Source of the DNA: Gloeobacterales cyanobacterium
GTDB lineage: Bacteria > Cyanobacteriota > Cyanobacteriia > Gloeobacterales > PMM-0068
NCBI GenBank assembly: GCA_038245785.1
Contig: JBBRSB010000003.1
Coordinates: 1 to 64,000, forward strand
Direction: 5' to 3'
DNA: 64,000 nt
The notes beneath the pieces are model-generated. The model had not been told where the DNA came from, ran no database searches, and saw only the letters and a list, made by a program, of their open reading frames with translations. Positions 47,597 to 58,707 of the stretch are shown here, one piece after another (positions within the stretch are counted from its first letter, which is position 1; the number at the start of each line of letters is the position of its first letter). The position numbers were made by a program, and so were the translations under genes.

Positions 47597-48217
47597 ATGC
47601 CTGAGTTGGAACCCCAAGTAGAGAACGACCGCCACCGCCAGAAAATGCAGCGCCGGAAAGAGGTTCAGGATGAACGGCTGGCCGCCAAAACCCTAGAGAA
47701 GGGTCTAGTCATTGTCTATACTGGGACCGGAAAGGGCAAAACCACAGCCGCCTTGGGCATGATCTTCCGCTCACTTGGCCATGGCAAACGAGTAGCGGTT
47801 ATTCAGTTTATCAAAGGGGCCTGGCAACCAGGGGAAAAAGCCGCCTTGGACCGTTTTGGCGAACAGGTATTTTTTGCAGCTTTGGGCGGCGGGTTTACTT
47901 GGGAAACGCAGGACCGCCAGAAAGATATCGAAATGGTGGAACAAGCCTGGAGTCAAGGACTGGAGCTTATTCAATCCAGTGATTATCATTTAGTTCTCCT
48001 GGATGAGGTTAATGTGGCGATGTCCCTTGGTTATCTGAATCCACACGTGGTTATAGATGGTCTCAAGAGCAAACCTGATCAAGTGCATGTGGCTTTGACC
48101 GGACGGGGTGCCCCGGCGGAACTAATAGAAGTCGCCGATTTGGTGACTGAGATGAAACTGGTGAAACATCCCTTTCGAGAGCAGGGCATCAAAGCGCAAA
48201 TAGGAATCGAGTTTTAG
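47597..48217 (+). CDS. cobO: Cob(I)yrinic acid a,c-diamide adenosyltransferase
   Basis: YTGTGKGKTTAALG, QFIKG, LLDEVN, TGRGAP, GIEF. Confidence 0.94.
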   Translation: MPELEPQVENDRHRQKMQRRKEVQDERLAAKTLEKGLVIVYTGTGKGKTTAALGMIFRSLGHGKRVAVIQFIKGAWQPGEKAALDRFGEQVFFAALGGGFTWETQDRQKDIEMVEQAWSQGLELIQSSDYHLVLLDEVNVAMSLGYLNPHVVIDGLKSKPDQVHVALTGRGAPAELIEVADLVTEMKLVKHPFREQGIKAQIGIEF

Positions 48218-48219
48218 CT

Positions 48220-49242
48220 ATGGCAAAAAAAATCCCCGTGACCGTGATTACAGGCTTCCTCGGCAGTGGGAAAACAACCCTGATTCGCCATCTTTTAGAG
48301 AATAACCAGGGCCGCAGAATAGCGGTTCTGGTGAACGAGTTTGGAGCCTTGGGTATTGACGGGGAACTGCTCAAAGGCTGCAGCGATTGTCCCGAAGATA
48401 ACGTGATTGAACTGACCAATGGCTGCTTGTGCTGCACCGTTCAGGAAGAATTCTTGCCCACCATGCTCCAACTTCTGGAGCGCCGAGAGGAGATAGACCA
48501 AATTCTGATTGAAACCAGTGGTCTTGCTCTGCCCAAACCACTAGTGAAAGCCTTTCGCTGGCCTGAAATTCGCAATGGCGCGACGGTAGACGGAATTTTA
48601 ACAGTGGTGGATGCAGTAGCAGTATTTTCTGGAGCGCTGACCGACCGGGAAAAAGTAGAAGCTCAACGCCAAGCCGATGAAAGCTTAGATCATGAAACGC
48701 CCCTCGAAGAACTCTTTGAGGACCAATTAGCCGTCGCTGATTTAGTGATTCTGAATAAGGCTGATTCCATTGATCAAGACAGCCGTAATCAAGTGGAAGC
48801 TTCGCTCCGAGCTGAACTTCCCAGTCATGTGAAAATCATTCATGCTAACTATGGCAAGCTATCCCCCGATATTCTCTTAGGACTCAATCATCGGGTGGAA
48901 GATGACCTTGATAACCGTAAGTCCCATCATGACGAAGAAGGAGAAGACCACAAACATGATGATGAAATCGATTCCATTGTTTTTGAAACGGGTCCTCTAG
49001 ATCCAGTGAGATTATTAGAGCAATTACAGCAATTAGTAGAAGCTCATGAAATCTATCGAGTAAAAGGATTTGTCGAAGTCCCTGGAAAAGCGATGCGCTT
49101 AGTTTTCCAGGGTGTAGGTAATCGCTTTGACCAATACTATGACCGTCCCTGGCAAGAAGGAGAACGCGGCACTCGGTTAGTACTGATTGGCAAAGCTTTG
49201 AACGAAATTCCTACGCTTCAAGCGGCACTGCAAACGGTCTAA
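48220..49242 (+). CDS. cobW: Cobalamin biosynthesis GTPase CobW
   Basis: GFLGSGKTT, NGCLCCTV, ETSGLALPKPL. Confidence 0.94.
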   Translation: MAKKIPVTVITGFLGSGKTTLIRHLLENNQGRRIAVLVNEFGALGIDGELLKGCSDCPEDNVIELTNGCLCCTVQEEFLPTMLQLLERREEIDQILIETSGLALPKPLVKAFRWPEIRNGATVDGILTVVDAVAVFSGALTDREKVEAQRQADESLDHETPLEELFEDQLAVADLVILNKADSIDQDSRNQVEASLRAELPSHVKIIHANYGKLSPDILLGLNHRVEDDLDNRKSHHDEEGEDHKHDDEIDSIVFETGPLDPVRLLEQLQQLVEAHEIYRVKGFVEVPGKAMRLVFQGVGNRFDQYYDRPWQEGERGTRLVLIGKALNEIPTLQAALQTV

Positions 49243-49243
49243 T

Positions 49244-52200
49244 ATGCATCGTCTACAAGTTGCTCCCGGTGGTTGGACTCCTGATGCAGAAGGGGTTGTA
49301 TTCATTGAGCAAACTCCAGGCGATATTATCTTTCTAACTGCAGCCGACACAGAAATTCAGGCTTTGTCAGTAGCGCTCAAGCAGTGGTCCTATCCAGTCA
49401 CTGTGAGAGCGGTCAATCTCTTAAATCTGCAACAGCAATTAACGATTGATACCTATGCTGAAGAAGTCTTAGAAAAAGCGAAGGTGATCATTATTCGTCT
49501 GTTAGGCGGCAGGTCCTACTGGTCCTACGGCTTAGAAGTTATTAAAGAACTCTCAGAACGACTGGGAATCCATCTCTATCTATTTCCTGGAGATGAACAG
49601 GTAGACCTGGATTTGATGGAAAATTCCACTGTTCCCCTCACACAAGTGCACACCCTATGGCGTTATTTGATTGAGGGTGGACCAGAGAATCTACTACAAG
49701 GACTTAGATATGTTCATGCTTTCCAACGTCAACAATCCATAGAAAATATTCCTGTTCAAAAGATAAACCGTTGGGGAATTTATACACTTCAATCCCGAAT
49801 ACCCCTTAGTCCTGACAGTCCAACCTGTGGTCTTATTTTCTATCGCGCCCACTATCTTGCTGGAAACCTGGAACCGATTGAGGCTTTAGTATATGCGCTG
49901 GCAGAACGAGGAATTAAAGCTCTTCCCGTCTTTGTTCAAAGCCTAAAAGAGCCAGAAATTCTAGAGGCTCTAGAAGACCATTTTCAAGGCATTGATTTGC
50001 TCTTAAACACTACCGGATTTTCGATTGATTCTGTAGTCGGGAATCGATTTTATCGGACATTAGATGTTCCTATTTTTCAGGTTATTCTTGCCAGCAGTAG
50101 TCAAGTGATCTGGGAAACAGGAACTCAAGGACTAAGCCCTCGGGATGTGGCGATGAATGTTGCCCTTCCTGAGATCGATGGCCGAATTATTACCCGTGCC
50201 ATTTCGTTTAAAGCGGAAGCCGCGCAGGATGTTCAACTAGAAACCTCTGTCGTTACCTATCAATCAGAATCTTCACGGGTACAGTTTGTCGCAGCACTAG
50301 CCGATCATTGGATTCGGTTACGGCGCACGCCGATTCAGCAACGTAAAATCGCCCTGATTTTGTCCAACTATCCTGCCAAAGATGGACGACTGGCGAATGG
50401 GGTTGGGTTAGATACGCCCAATAGTTGTATTGAAATTTTAAAAGCTCTGTCAGCAGCAGGATACTTCGTAGAAGCAATTCCGAGCAACGGGGATGATCTG
50501 ATTCGCACCCTCACGCAAGGAGTGACCAATGACCGAGAGAGTTTTGAGGGACGCAAGATTGGGCAAGCTGTCACCACAGAAGCATATCAAGAGTTTTTCT
50601 CTCAGTTACCACAGGCCGTCCAAGACGCTGTCACAGCTCAATGGGGAGAAGCGCCAGGGATTCATAAACTACGTAATTTCAATCAGCAAAAAGTCTTTCC
50701 AGTTCCAGGCATCCAGTTAGGTAATATCTTCATCGGCATTCAGCCCAGTCGTGGCTATGAGGAAGACCCTGCTGCGAACTATCATTCCCCCGATTTGGTT
50801 CCGCCCCATCCCTATTTTGCCTTCTACCATTGGCTCCGCCATATTTTTGAAGCCGATGCCGTCGTACATGTGGGCAAACATGGCAATTTGGAATGGCTTC
50901 CTGGCAAAGGGATTGCCCTTAGTAAAGCTTGTTTTCCTGAGGCCATCTTCGGCCCGACGCCTAACTTCTATCCTTTTATTGTCAATGACCCAGGAGAAGG
51001 AGCCCAGGCTAAACGTCGTTCGCAAGCGGTTGTGATCGATCATTTGATTCCGCCGATGACCCGTGCTGAAACCTATGGTCCCCTCCAAGAACTAGAACGA
51101 CTGATTGATGAATATTACGAAGCGTTGGGACTAGATCCCACCCGTCTAAAAGTAATTGAACAACATGTCCGAGCATTAATTACTCAGCATACACTGCATC
51201 AAGATTTAGGGATCGAGCTTGCTACGCCCGTAGATAACTGGCTAATGCAAATGGATGGCTATCTTTGTGAATTGAAAGAGGCTCAAATCCGCGATGGGCT
51301 CCATATTTTTGGCAAGGCTCCAGAAGGGACTGCGCTTGTAGATTTACTTGTTGCCTTGGCCCGTAATCCCAATCCATTCCTCGGCAATAAGGGCATCACT
51401 CAGTTTTTAGCAGAAAAGTTAGGACTGGACTTTGACCCGTTGACTATTGATTTCGCAACTCCTTGGACGCACCCTATTCCCTCAGAAGTGAGACAGATAC
51501 TGGCTCTTGAAAAAGAACCGCGCATCGCAGGAGATGTAGTGGAAGCGCTGGAACTGCTGGCGGCTCGATTGGTGGCTGGACCCTCACCCCCCAACCCCCT
51601 CTCCCTAGGGAGAGGGGTGCCCGAAGGGCGGGGTGAGGGCCTCGAATGCCTCCTCAGTAATCTACTGCCGAAAGTGCAGAAAACCCACCAAGAAATTGAC
51701 TATCTGCTCAAGGGTTTAGATGGGTGCTATGTTCCACCAGGACCTTCTGGGGCTCCTACCCGTGGCCGATTGGATGTACTGCCGACGGGACGCAATTTCT
51801 ATTCTCTAGATAGCCGAGCGATTCCGACACAAACCTCCTGGGATATTGGTCGGCGAGCAGCAGAAGCTTTGATTGAACGGCATGTTCAAGACCATGGAGA
51901 ATATCCGACAACCCTTGGACTTTCTGTGTGGGGCACTTCTACCATGCGCACCGGCGGCGATGATATTGCCCAAGTGTTTGCACTGCTGGGCGTACAACCC
52001 GTTTGGGACCGAGCCAGTGGCAGAGTGATTGACTTTGAAGTGATTACCCGTGCTTCCCTCGGACGACCAAGGGTGGATGTCATGCTTCGCGTCTCTGGTT
52101 TTTTCAGAGATGCCTTTGCCCATGTGATTGATCTATTTCATCAGGCTGTAGAAGCGGTGGCCCAACTGGATGAATCTCCCGTTGATAATCCGTTACGTAT

Positions 52201-52996
52201 GTCTATCCAGAAAGACCAAAGCTTCTGGGAGCAGGAAGGCTTGAGTCCTGAGCAGGCAAAAGAACAGGCCAGCTATCGAGTTTTTGGTTCTAAACCAGGA
52301 GCCTATGGAGCTGGCTTGCAGGGATTGATCGACCAACAAAACTGGACCACCAGTCAAGACTTAGCCCAAGCCTATGTGAACTGGGGAGGCTATGCCTATG
52401 GACGTGGAGGCAAAGGCAAAACGGCCCATGCTGCTTTTTCGCGCAGACTCTCCAAGTTGGAACTGGTCCTCCATAATCAAGACAATCGAGAGCATGACCT
52501 TCTGGATTCGGATGACTATTATCAGTTTCAGGGAGGGATGATTGCCGCTGTTCGAGTTTTATCTACTAAGCAGCCAAAAGCATTTTTTGGGGACCACAGC
52601 CAACCTGCCAAACCGAGGATTAAAACCTTGGAAGAAGAGATAGCCAAAGTCTTTCGTTCACGGGTGGTCAATCCCAAATGGATTCGGGGCGTCATGCGTC
52701 ATGGCTATAAAGGCGCTTTTGAGATGGCTGCGACGGTAGATTATCTATTCGCCTACGATGCAACTACTCAAGTCGTCACAGACTGGATGTATGAAGGTAT
52801 TGCCGAGACTTATTTGCTAGATCCAACCGTAAAAGATTTTCTATGTGAGAAAAATCCTTGGGCTTTGCGAGATATGGCTGAACGACTTTTGGAAGCGCAT
52901 CAACGAGACATGTGGCAAACTACAGAAGTGATGATTCACCAGTTGCAAAATCTACTTTTAGAAGCAGAAGCAGAAGTAGAAAGGGCGATTCAATAA
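49244..52996 (+). CDS. cobN: Cobaltochelatase subunit CobN
   Basis: GKHGNLEWLPGK, LPTGRNFY, RSRVVNPKWI. Confidence 0.95.
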   Translation: MHRLQVAPGGWTPDAEGVVFIEQTPGDIIFLTAADTEIQALSVALKQWSYPVTVRAVNLLNLQQQLTIDTYAEEVLEKAKVIIIRLLGGRSYWSYGLEVIKELSERLGIHLYLFPGDEQVDLDLMENSTVPLTQVHTLWRYLIEGGPENLLQGLRYVHAFQRQQSIENIPVQKINRWGIYTLQSRIPLSPDSPTCGLIFYRAHYLAGNLEPIEALVYALAERGIKALPVFVQSLKEPEILEALEDHFQGIDLLLNTTGFSIDSVVGNRFYRTLDVPIFQVILASSSQVIWETGTQGLSPRDVAMNVALPEIDGRIITRAISFKAEAAQDVQLETSVVTYQSESSRVQFVAALADHWIRLRRTPIQQRKIALILSNYPAKDGRLANGVGLDTPNSCIEILKALSAAGYFVEAIPSNGDDLIRTLTQGVTNDRESFEGRKIGQAVTTEAYQEFFSQLPQAVQDAVTAQWGEAPGIHKLRNFNQQKVFPVPGIQLGNIFIGIQPSRGYEEDPAANYHSPDLVPPHPYFAFYHWLRHIFEADAVVHVGKHGNLEWLPGKGIALSKACFPEAIFGPTPNFYPFIVNDPGEGAQAKRRSQAVVIDHLIPPMTRAETYGPLQELERLIDEYYEALGLDPTRLKVIEQHVRALITQHTLHQDLGIELATPVDNWLMQMDGYLCELKEAQIRDGLHIFGKAPEGTALVDLLVALARNPNPFLGNKGITQFLAEKLGLDFDPLTIDFATPWTHPIPSEVRQILALEKEPRIAGDVVEALELLAARLVAGPSPPNPLSLGRGVPEGRGEGLECLLSNLLPKVQKTHQEIDYLLKGLDGCYVPPGPSGAPTRGRLDVLPTGRNFYSLDSRAIPTQTSWDIGRRAAEALIERHVQDHGEYPTTLGLSVWGTSTMRTGGDDIAQVFALLGVQPVWDRASGRVIDFEVITRASLGRPRVDVMLRVSGFFRDAFAHVIDLFHQAVEAVAQLDESPVDNPLRMSIQKDQSFWEQEGLSPEQAKEQASYRVFGSKPGAYGAGLQGLIDQQNWTTSQDLAQAYVNWGGYAYGRGGKGKTAHAAFSRRLSKLELVLHNQDNREHDLLDSDDYYQFQGGMIAAVRVLSTKQPKAFFGDHSQPAKPRIKTLEEEIAKVFRSRVVNPKWIRGVMRHGYKGAFEMAATVDYLFAYDATTQVVTDWMYEGIAETYLLDPTVKDFLCEKNPWALRDMAERLLEAHQRDMWQTTEVMIHQLQNLLLEAEAEVERAIQ
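51581..51639. repeat. Palindromic repeat inserted in frame in cobN
   Basis: Terminal inverted repeat CCCTCACCCC/GGGGTGAGGG with inner hairpins; translates as PSPPNPLSLGRGVPEGRGEG. Confidence 0.85.
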
Positions 52997-52999
52997 TTT

Positions 53000-53593
53000 A
53001 TGGATATTCATCCGATTACTGCACAAAGTTTTGCCCTTATCGATCAGGAAATTGGTCCCCATAATTGGTCAGCAGAAGAGTACGCTATTGTCCGCAGAGC
53101 GATCCATACGACCGCTGATTTTGAACTGAAAGACTTATTCCACTTCAGTCCCGGAGCGATACAAGCGGGGATTACAGCCCTTCGCCAAGACCTTCCCGTG
53201 ATGGTAGATGTGCAGATGGTAGCGGTAGGGATTGCTAGTACTTTAGCCAAAGCAGAAAAGCATAAAGCTTACTGTGCCCTAGACTATCCAGGAGAAGGCC
53301 CTACCCGGACGGCTGCGGGAATGCTGACCCTAGCGGAAACCTATCCTCAAGGTCTGTTTGTCATTGGTAATGCTCCTACTGCTCTGCTGGCCTTAGTAGG
53401 GGAGATTAAAGCAGGAAAAGTTCAGCCTGCCTTAGTGATTGGAGTCCCTGTCGGGTTTGTGGCCGTTGAAGAGGCCAAACAAGCCCTATCCGCCCTAGAT
53501 ATTCCCCAAATTCAAATACGTGGACGCAAAGGGGGATCAACGATCGCAGCCGCCATCGTGAATGCCCTGGTGCATCTAGCCTCTATCGATTAG
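53000..53593 (+). CDS. cobH: Precorrin-8X methylmutase
   Basis: RRAIHTTADF, IGNAPTAL, GVPVGFV, GRKGGS. Confidence 0.93.
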   Translation: MDIHPITAQSFALIDQEIGPHNWSAEEYAIVRRAIHTTADFELKDLFHFSPGAIQAGITALRQDLPVMVDVQMVAVGIASTLAKAEKHKAYCALDYPGEGPTRTAAGMLTLAETYPQGLFVIGNAPTALLALVGEIKAGKVQPALVIGVPVGFVAVEEAKQALSALDIPQIQIRGRKGGSTIAAAIVNALVHLASID

Positions 53594-53986
53594 AGCCTGA
53601 GGACTTTCATCACTTCTGTATGAAGGCGACGAGATCATCGTATGGTCTCTAAGGCAGGAAGTGTCTTGGCAGAGGAAGCAAGCGGACGGCTGGTAGGCCC
53701 CTGCTTCTGGTACAGGGATCATCAAATCACAGCGTGCGCAGAGGCTAAATTCCCATTGAGGCTTCAAAAGCTCCCCAAAATAAAATTCATCCCCTTCTAT
53801 TTGCAGATGTTGGAAATCTTGATGCTTGCGAAGCGAACGCCAATATAACAGAAAGGCTACACTTAGCCCTTCTGAACCAATTACATGGGATTGGAATGAC
53901 AAAACACCATGCACAGGACTTACTACCTTCTTGCCCTGGTGAACATGAAAGGCAACATAATTACGGACAGCTTGCAAGTTTGCCAT
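53576..53986 (-). CDS. Cyanobacterial hypothetical protein with Cys pairs
   Basis: MANLQAVRNY..QGKKVV..ELL.P.W..CARC..P pattern. Confidence 0.65.
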   Translation of the reverse strand: MANLQAVRNYVAFHVHQGKKVVSPVHGVLSFQSHVIGSEGLSVAFLLYWRSLRKHQDFQHLQIEGDEFYFGELLKPQWEFSLCARCDLMIPVPEAGAYQPSACFLCQDTSCLRDHTMISSPSYRSDESPQALIDRG

Positions 53987-54249
53987 AGGCTTGTCCAAAT
54001 GCGTTGCTAGGTTCTGAGATCTCCATCTTGTTGCATTTATATATAACTCACTTATTTGATCACAGTTTCTACGTAATTGACAGCATATTTTTAGCCTGAT
54101 TATAAGGAAATCATGAAGCAGCAAACTGATAGGAACTTATACTCATTGATGGAGAGGGGATCAGATTGGTAGACAATTACGGCCAATTTTCGCCGTAGAT
54201 TAGAGACTAAGATCTCTTAAATTAAACAAACCCCAGTAGATGAAGCCCC

Positions 54250-55533
54250 GTGATTGATCTCAAAGCCCTACGCCAGAACCCAGAACTCTTCAAGACCAGA
54301 CTATTGAGCCGGAATGATAGCTATGGTCCTTTGGTGGACACCCTGCTCACCCTGGAACAAGAACGTAGAAAACTCTTAACCGAGCGCAGTGAAACGGAAG
54401 CCAAATCCAATGCTATCGGCAAGGAAGTGGGCCAACGGATGCGCACAAATTCTCAGGATGCGGAGATTGTGGCCCTAAAAGAAGAAGGTACGGCCCTCAA
54501 AAACCAGATTGCAGAACTATTAGCCAAAGAAAGAGCGGTTGAAGAACAGGTTGAGACGCTAGCGCTCACCGTGCCCAACCTGCCTCATCCATCCGTTCCC
54601 CCAGGAGCAGATGAAAAAGAAAATATTGAAGTCCGTCGCTGGGGCACTCCCCGCAGTTTTAACTTTGAACCGAAACCCCACTGGGAAGTAGGAGAACAGC
54701 TTGGGATCCTTGAAGTCAGCAGAGCCGTAAAAATAGCACAGACTCGCTTCATTGCCTTAGTCGGTCTGGGCGCCAAGCTAGAGCGAGCTTTGGCGAACCT
54801 GATGCTAGACCGTCATTTGGATCATGGTTATACCGAAGTTTCCCCTCCGCTGCTGGTTAACTCCGAGAGCTTAAAAGGAACCGGACAACTGCCTAAATTT
54901 GCAGAAGATTTGTTTAAGTGCTCTGAAGATGACCTCTGGCTGATTCCCACGGCCGAAGTTCCCCTCACCAATCTGTACCGAGAAGAAATTTTAGATGTGG
55001 CCCAACTGCCTATCTATCATGTAGCGCATACGCCTTGTTTCCGCAGAGAAGCAGGGAGTGCCGGACGAGACACCCGTGGGCTCATTCGCCTCCATCAGTT
55101 CAACAAAGTAGAAATGGTGAAAATTACCCATCCTGATACTTCCTATGAAGAGCATGAAAAACTGGTGCAGGATGCAGAAGCAATTTTGCAAATGCTGGAA
55201 TTACCCTATCGAGTTGTGCTTCTGTGCACGGGCGATATGGGGTTTTCTGCCACGAAATGCTATGACCTTGAAGTTTGGCTCCCCGGTCAAAACACCTATC
55301 GAGAGATTTCTAGCTGTTCGAACTGCGAAGATTTCCAGGCGCGTAGAGCCAGTATTCGCTTCAAAGACCAAAATCAAAAAGGGACTCAGTTTGCCCATAC
55401 CCTCAATGGCTCTGGTTTGGCGATAGGCCGCACCTTAGTAGCAATTTTAGAAAATTATCAGAATGCCGATGGCAGTCTAATAATCCCTAAGGCGCTACGT
55501 CCTTATATGGGAGGTTTAGAGCAGATTGCCTAA
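54250..55533 (+). CDS. serS: Serine--tRNA ligase
   Basis: [38 protein letters not shown]. Confidence 0.97.
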   Translation: MIDLKALRQNPELFKTRLLSRNDSYGPLVDTLLTLEQERRKLLTERSETEAKSNAIGKEVGQRMRTNSQDAEIVALKEEGTALKNQIAELLAKERAVEEQVETLALTVPNLPHPSVPPGADEKENIEVRRWGTPRSFNFEPKPHWEVGEQLGILEVSRAVKIAQTRFIALVGLGAKLERALANLMLDRHLDHGYTEVSPPLLVNSESLKGTGQLPKFAEDLFKCSEDDLWLIPTAEVPLTNLYREEILDVAQLPIYHVAHTPCFRREAGSAGRDTRGLIRLHQFNKVEMVKITHPDTSYEEHEKLVQDAEAILQMLELPYRVVLLCTGDMGFSATKCYDLEVWLPGQNTYREISSCSNCEDFQARRASIRFKDQNQKGTQFAHTLNGSGLAIGRTLVAILENYQNADGSLIIPKALRPYMGGLEQIA

Positions 55534-55554
55534 CGATGCTTTGGAAAGACTGAG

Positions 55555-56892
55555 TTACTGAATAGAAACAAACCCTGCTTGCTCAATGGCCTACTGCCCT
55601 TGATTGGTTAGCAGCAGTTTGACATATGCTTCACCCATCTGTTGCGCTTTTCCTTGGTCCTGTTTAACAATCACAAAGAGCTTCCTGGTGAGAGGATAGC
55701 TACCGCTTCTAAAGGCTGTGATGTTCACCTGATTGCGTTGCTGTGGACATTTCTGGGGCGGGACTAGGGGTTCGCGGTAAGGGGGCACAAATTGATTCGC
55801 TTGCCCGATCAAAGGCAGCACTTTGACTCGACACTGGGGAATGACGCTGGAGGTAGATGCATAGTAGATGCCACCCGGCGTTCTGCTGAGTTGACGCAGT
55901 CTATCTGTGACGGTGTAAACAAACTTTACAGAAGCGGCAAAGGGTTTTTTCTGCAAGACACTTTCCTGCAAAAACTCTACAGTGCCTGAACTTTGTGGTC
56001 GTCTGGAGAAGGGAGTGATCGGTAAATCAGGCCCTCCTATCTGTTTCCAATTGGTAACCTTCCCTAAATAGATCTGCTGCAGCTGTTCAATGGTTAAATG
56101 ACGCACATGCAACGTTGGATTGACGGCCACGGCAATACCATCAATGCCTACCGAATATTGCTTTACTGTAAAACCGCGCTTCTTGGCTATCGCATATTCT
56201 GCATCCTTTAAGGGGCGAGAAGATTGAGCGAAGTCGAGCTGTCCATCGAGGAGTAAACGGATGCCCGCTCCCGAACTGGGAGGGCCGCTCACTGGGTCTA
56301 CATAGCGTAGCTGCAGTCGAGGATAAACGGATTGAAGTTGCGGGTTGACCTTTTTGCGAATGGGAGCCCAGGTGGTGCTCCCGCCATAGTTTAACAGACC
56401 GCTTGGCACCCCAGCCACGTCCTGAAAAGTCGCTGAAGCTAAAACGGTCGGGTTCTGCCTGTTTCCCCAGAGTGTGCTCAAGATCCAGAAGAGTCCTCCG
56501 CCCAGAAAGGCAGCAATGACTCCCGTGTCCAGATTGTCAAAGTGAAATCCTGGCAACAGGTCCTCAGCTCCCTGATGAAGTGCCTAACGGTGTTCTGCCT
56601 CTGAAATTTCCTCCTTTGATCCATTCGTCAGAACAATCTTTAGGTCAGGGCAGTGGGTGTGACACCATTGGCAGAGGTCATAGGCATGCAAATTAGGCAT
56701 TTCCAGATCTATGAGCAACAAGTCTGGCCGAGCCGTTCTGGCTTCCTTGAGATAGCCAGTCATTTGGTCTAGGCTGGTCTCTGAAGATGCCCAGATCACT
56801 GAAATTTTCTGAGATGCCAGTGCGGCTCTCCAGATTTCAGCCTGGAATCTCAGCGGATTTAGCATCAGAACTGTTTTGCTGGAGCTAACCAT
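55555..56892 (-). pseudogene. REC + TM + PstS-like phosphate-binding protein broken by two in-frame TAG codons
   Basis: Continuous frame ...EAEHR*ALHQGAEDLLPGF... and ...TNQGQ*AIEQAGFVSIQ; YGGSTTWAP and YPLTRKLFV PBP motifs. Confidence 0.82.
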
Positions 56893-57083
56893 AGAATAAA
56901 GTTTTCAATTAACAAAGAGTTTTGTTAGCTGCTTGGCTCAGACCGTATTTCTAGATGAGCCCAGCTTCACATAAATAACCGAGTTCGTCTTCAGTAGTGG
57001 CCGAGTTCATCCTCTGTGCATTACGTATTGAGGCACGGGTGCTATGCGCAATAAATAGCAAGAATCTGGAAGTCTACTAACAG

Positions 57084-58160
57084 TCAATTAACCAATTCTT
57101 TCTCTTTATGCGCAGCCTGTTGTCCAGAGCGCACCAACTTTTTAGCCTGCTCATGTTCTTCATTGGTGCGGCTAAAAATATGGGTGCCGTTATAGCGGGC
57201 CATGAAATAAAGGTAGTCTGTGCCCTCAGGCTTCGCCACCGCTTCCAGACTGGCCTTTCCTGGAGAAGCAATCGGAGTCGGCGGTAAGCCAGCGGTGATA
57301 TAGGTGTTGTAGGGAGATTTCTGACGGACTTGAGCATAGGTAAGATTTTTTTGGGCCGTCTGCTTGAGGTTAAAGGCATACTCCACCGTCGGATCAGAGC
57401 CCAAGGGCATCCTTTTAGTCAAGCGATTCAGAAAGACCCCACCAATCAAAGGTCTCTCCTCTGGGACTGCTGCCTCTTTCTCCACAATGCTTGCCAGGGT
57501 TGTAAATTCGACTAAAGAAAATTTGCTGCCACTGTCTTTGTACATAGGCAGCGCGATTTTTTCATAGCGGTCGAGCATGGCATTCACCACCGCTTTCGGC
57601 GTCAGACCATCGTGAGGGAGTTCGTAGGTATCGGGAAAGAGAAATCCTTCTAAGCGGTCAACATTTTCAGGAATCCAGGAGCGTTGAAGCCGCTCTGGGC
57701 CAATGGTTAAAGCGAGGAACTGCTCTGGCGTATAGTTCACTTCCGCTGGGAAATAGCTAGCTTGTTTAAAGTATTCAGCGATCTGTCTGAGATTCCAGCC
57801 TTCTGGAATCGTAAATCTATCGGTGACCACTTTGCCTTCATGAATTTGCAGGGCAATTTGGTCTAGCGACTGATTGGGATCAAGACGGTAAGTGCCCGCC
57901 TGCAGCCCCTTATCCCAATTCTTTTGCGCAACCAGCAGTCGCCAAGCGTTAGCAGAGCGAATTATGCCTTTTTTCTCTAACAAGTTTCCGGTGGCGATGG
58001 TCCCAGAACCTTTAGGAATCACAATCGTGACGGCTTCCCCGCCTCTGGGTTTGAGAATATCTTGCCACCAAAGCCAACCTCCGGCACCCATCAGGGCAGC
58101 AATTAAACCGCCAATGATTCCAATAGCACGCTTTTTAATGGCCGTGGTCCTCTTCTTCAT
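57084..58160 (-). CDS. mltG: Endolytic transglycosylase MltG
   Basis: TIPEG, LEGFLFPDTY, ASIVEKE, SPYNTY..GLPPTPI. Confidence 0.93.
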   Translation of the reverse strand: MKKRTTAIKKRAIGIIGGLIAALMGAGGWLWWQDILKPRGGEAVTIVIPKGSGTIATGNLLEKKGIIRSANAWRLLVAQKNWDKGLQAGTYRLDPNQSLDQIALQIHEGKVVTDRFTIPEGWNLRQIAEYFKQASYFPAEVNYTPEQFLALTIGPERLQRSWIPENVDRLEGFLFPDTYELPHDGLTPKAVVNAMLDRYEKIALPMYKDSGSKFSLVEFTTLASIVEKEAAVPEERPLIGGVFLNRLTKRMPLGSDPTVEYAFNLKQTAQKNLTYAQVRQKSPYNTYITAGLPPTPIASPGKASLEAVAKPEGTDYLYFMARYNGTHIFSRTNEEHEQAKKLVRSGQQAAHKEKELVN

Positions 58161-58707
58161 CCTCTTGTTGACGGAGGAATTCTTCAAATACAGGCATCAA
58201 CTCCTCTGTCTCCTTAGGAGCAAGAAGACGAGCTGATTTGCTCCCCTCCGTTTGGTCTAATTCTACAAAAAGAATAACGGGTTCCAACGGGGTAAATACG
58301 GCGTATTCCCGGTCATCTTCTAAGAAGGATGCAAGGAGTTGGTACTCTTCTTCTTCGCCCTCTTCTTCACAAATAGTGTAGATAGAATCTTCTTCGTCCT
58401 CTTCATCTTCCTCGTCCGGACCAGGAACGTCCCCCTCTACGACCAAAACGTAGGCAGAATCGAGCAAACTGAGGTCTTGCTCGGCAAGCACAGCACGGGC
58501 ATTTGGAAAGACTTTGATCACTTCATCATCGTCTAAGTCCTCGAGTGTCGGTTCTTCCTCGTCATCACTCCAGGCCATTACCCGCACAGGAGTGAGATTC
58601 GGCATCACCAGACCATAAATCTTGCTCTCCATAGGGATTTGCTGCAGGAGTTCACAGTCTAGGGTGCGCCCTTTTTCATCGGTTAAGACTAAGGCTTCAC
58701 TGGTCAT
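58135..58707 (-). CDS. DUF3727/DUF1292 acidic protein
   Basis: LTDEKGRTLDC, AVLAEQDL, YAVFTPLEP; ruvX-DUF3727-mltG order. Confidence 0.82.
   Translation of the reverse strand: MTSEALVLTDEKGRTLDCELLQQIPMESKIYGLVMPNLTPVRVMAWSDDEEEPTLEDLDDDEVIKVFPNARAVLAEQDLSLLDSAYVLVVEGDVPGPDEEDEEDEEDSIYTICEEEGEEEEYQLLASFLEDDREYAVFTPLEPVILFVELDQTEGSKSARLLAPKETEELMPVFEEFLRQQEDEEEDHGH

Noticed and set aside
55555..56892. TAG recoding as a genetic-code variant
   Set aside because: Many intact genes here end in TAG (e.g. cobO, cobH, maa) and no suppressor tRNA is seen
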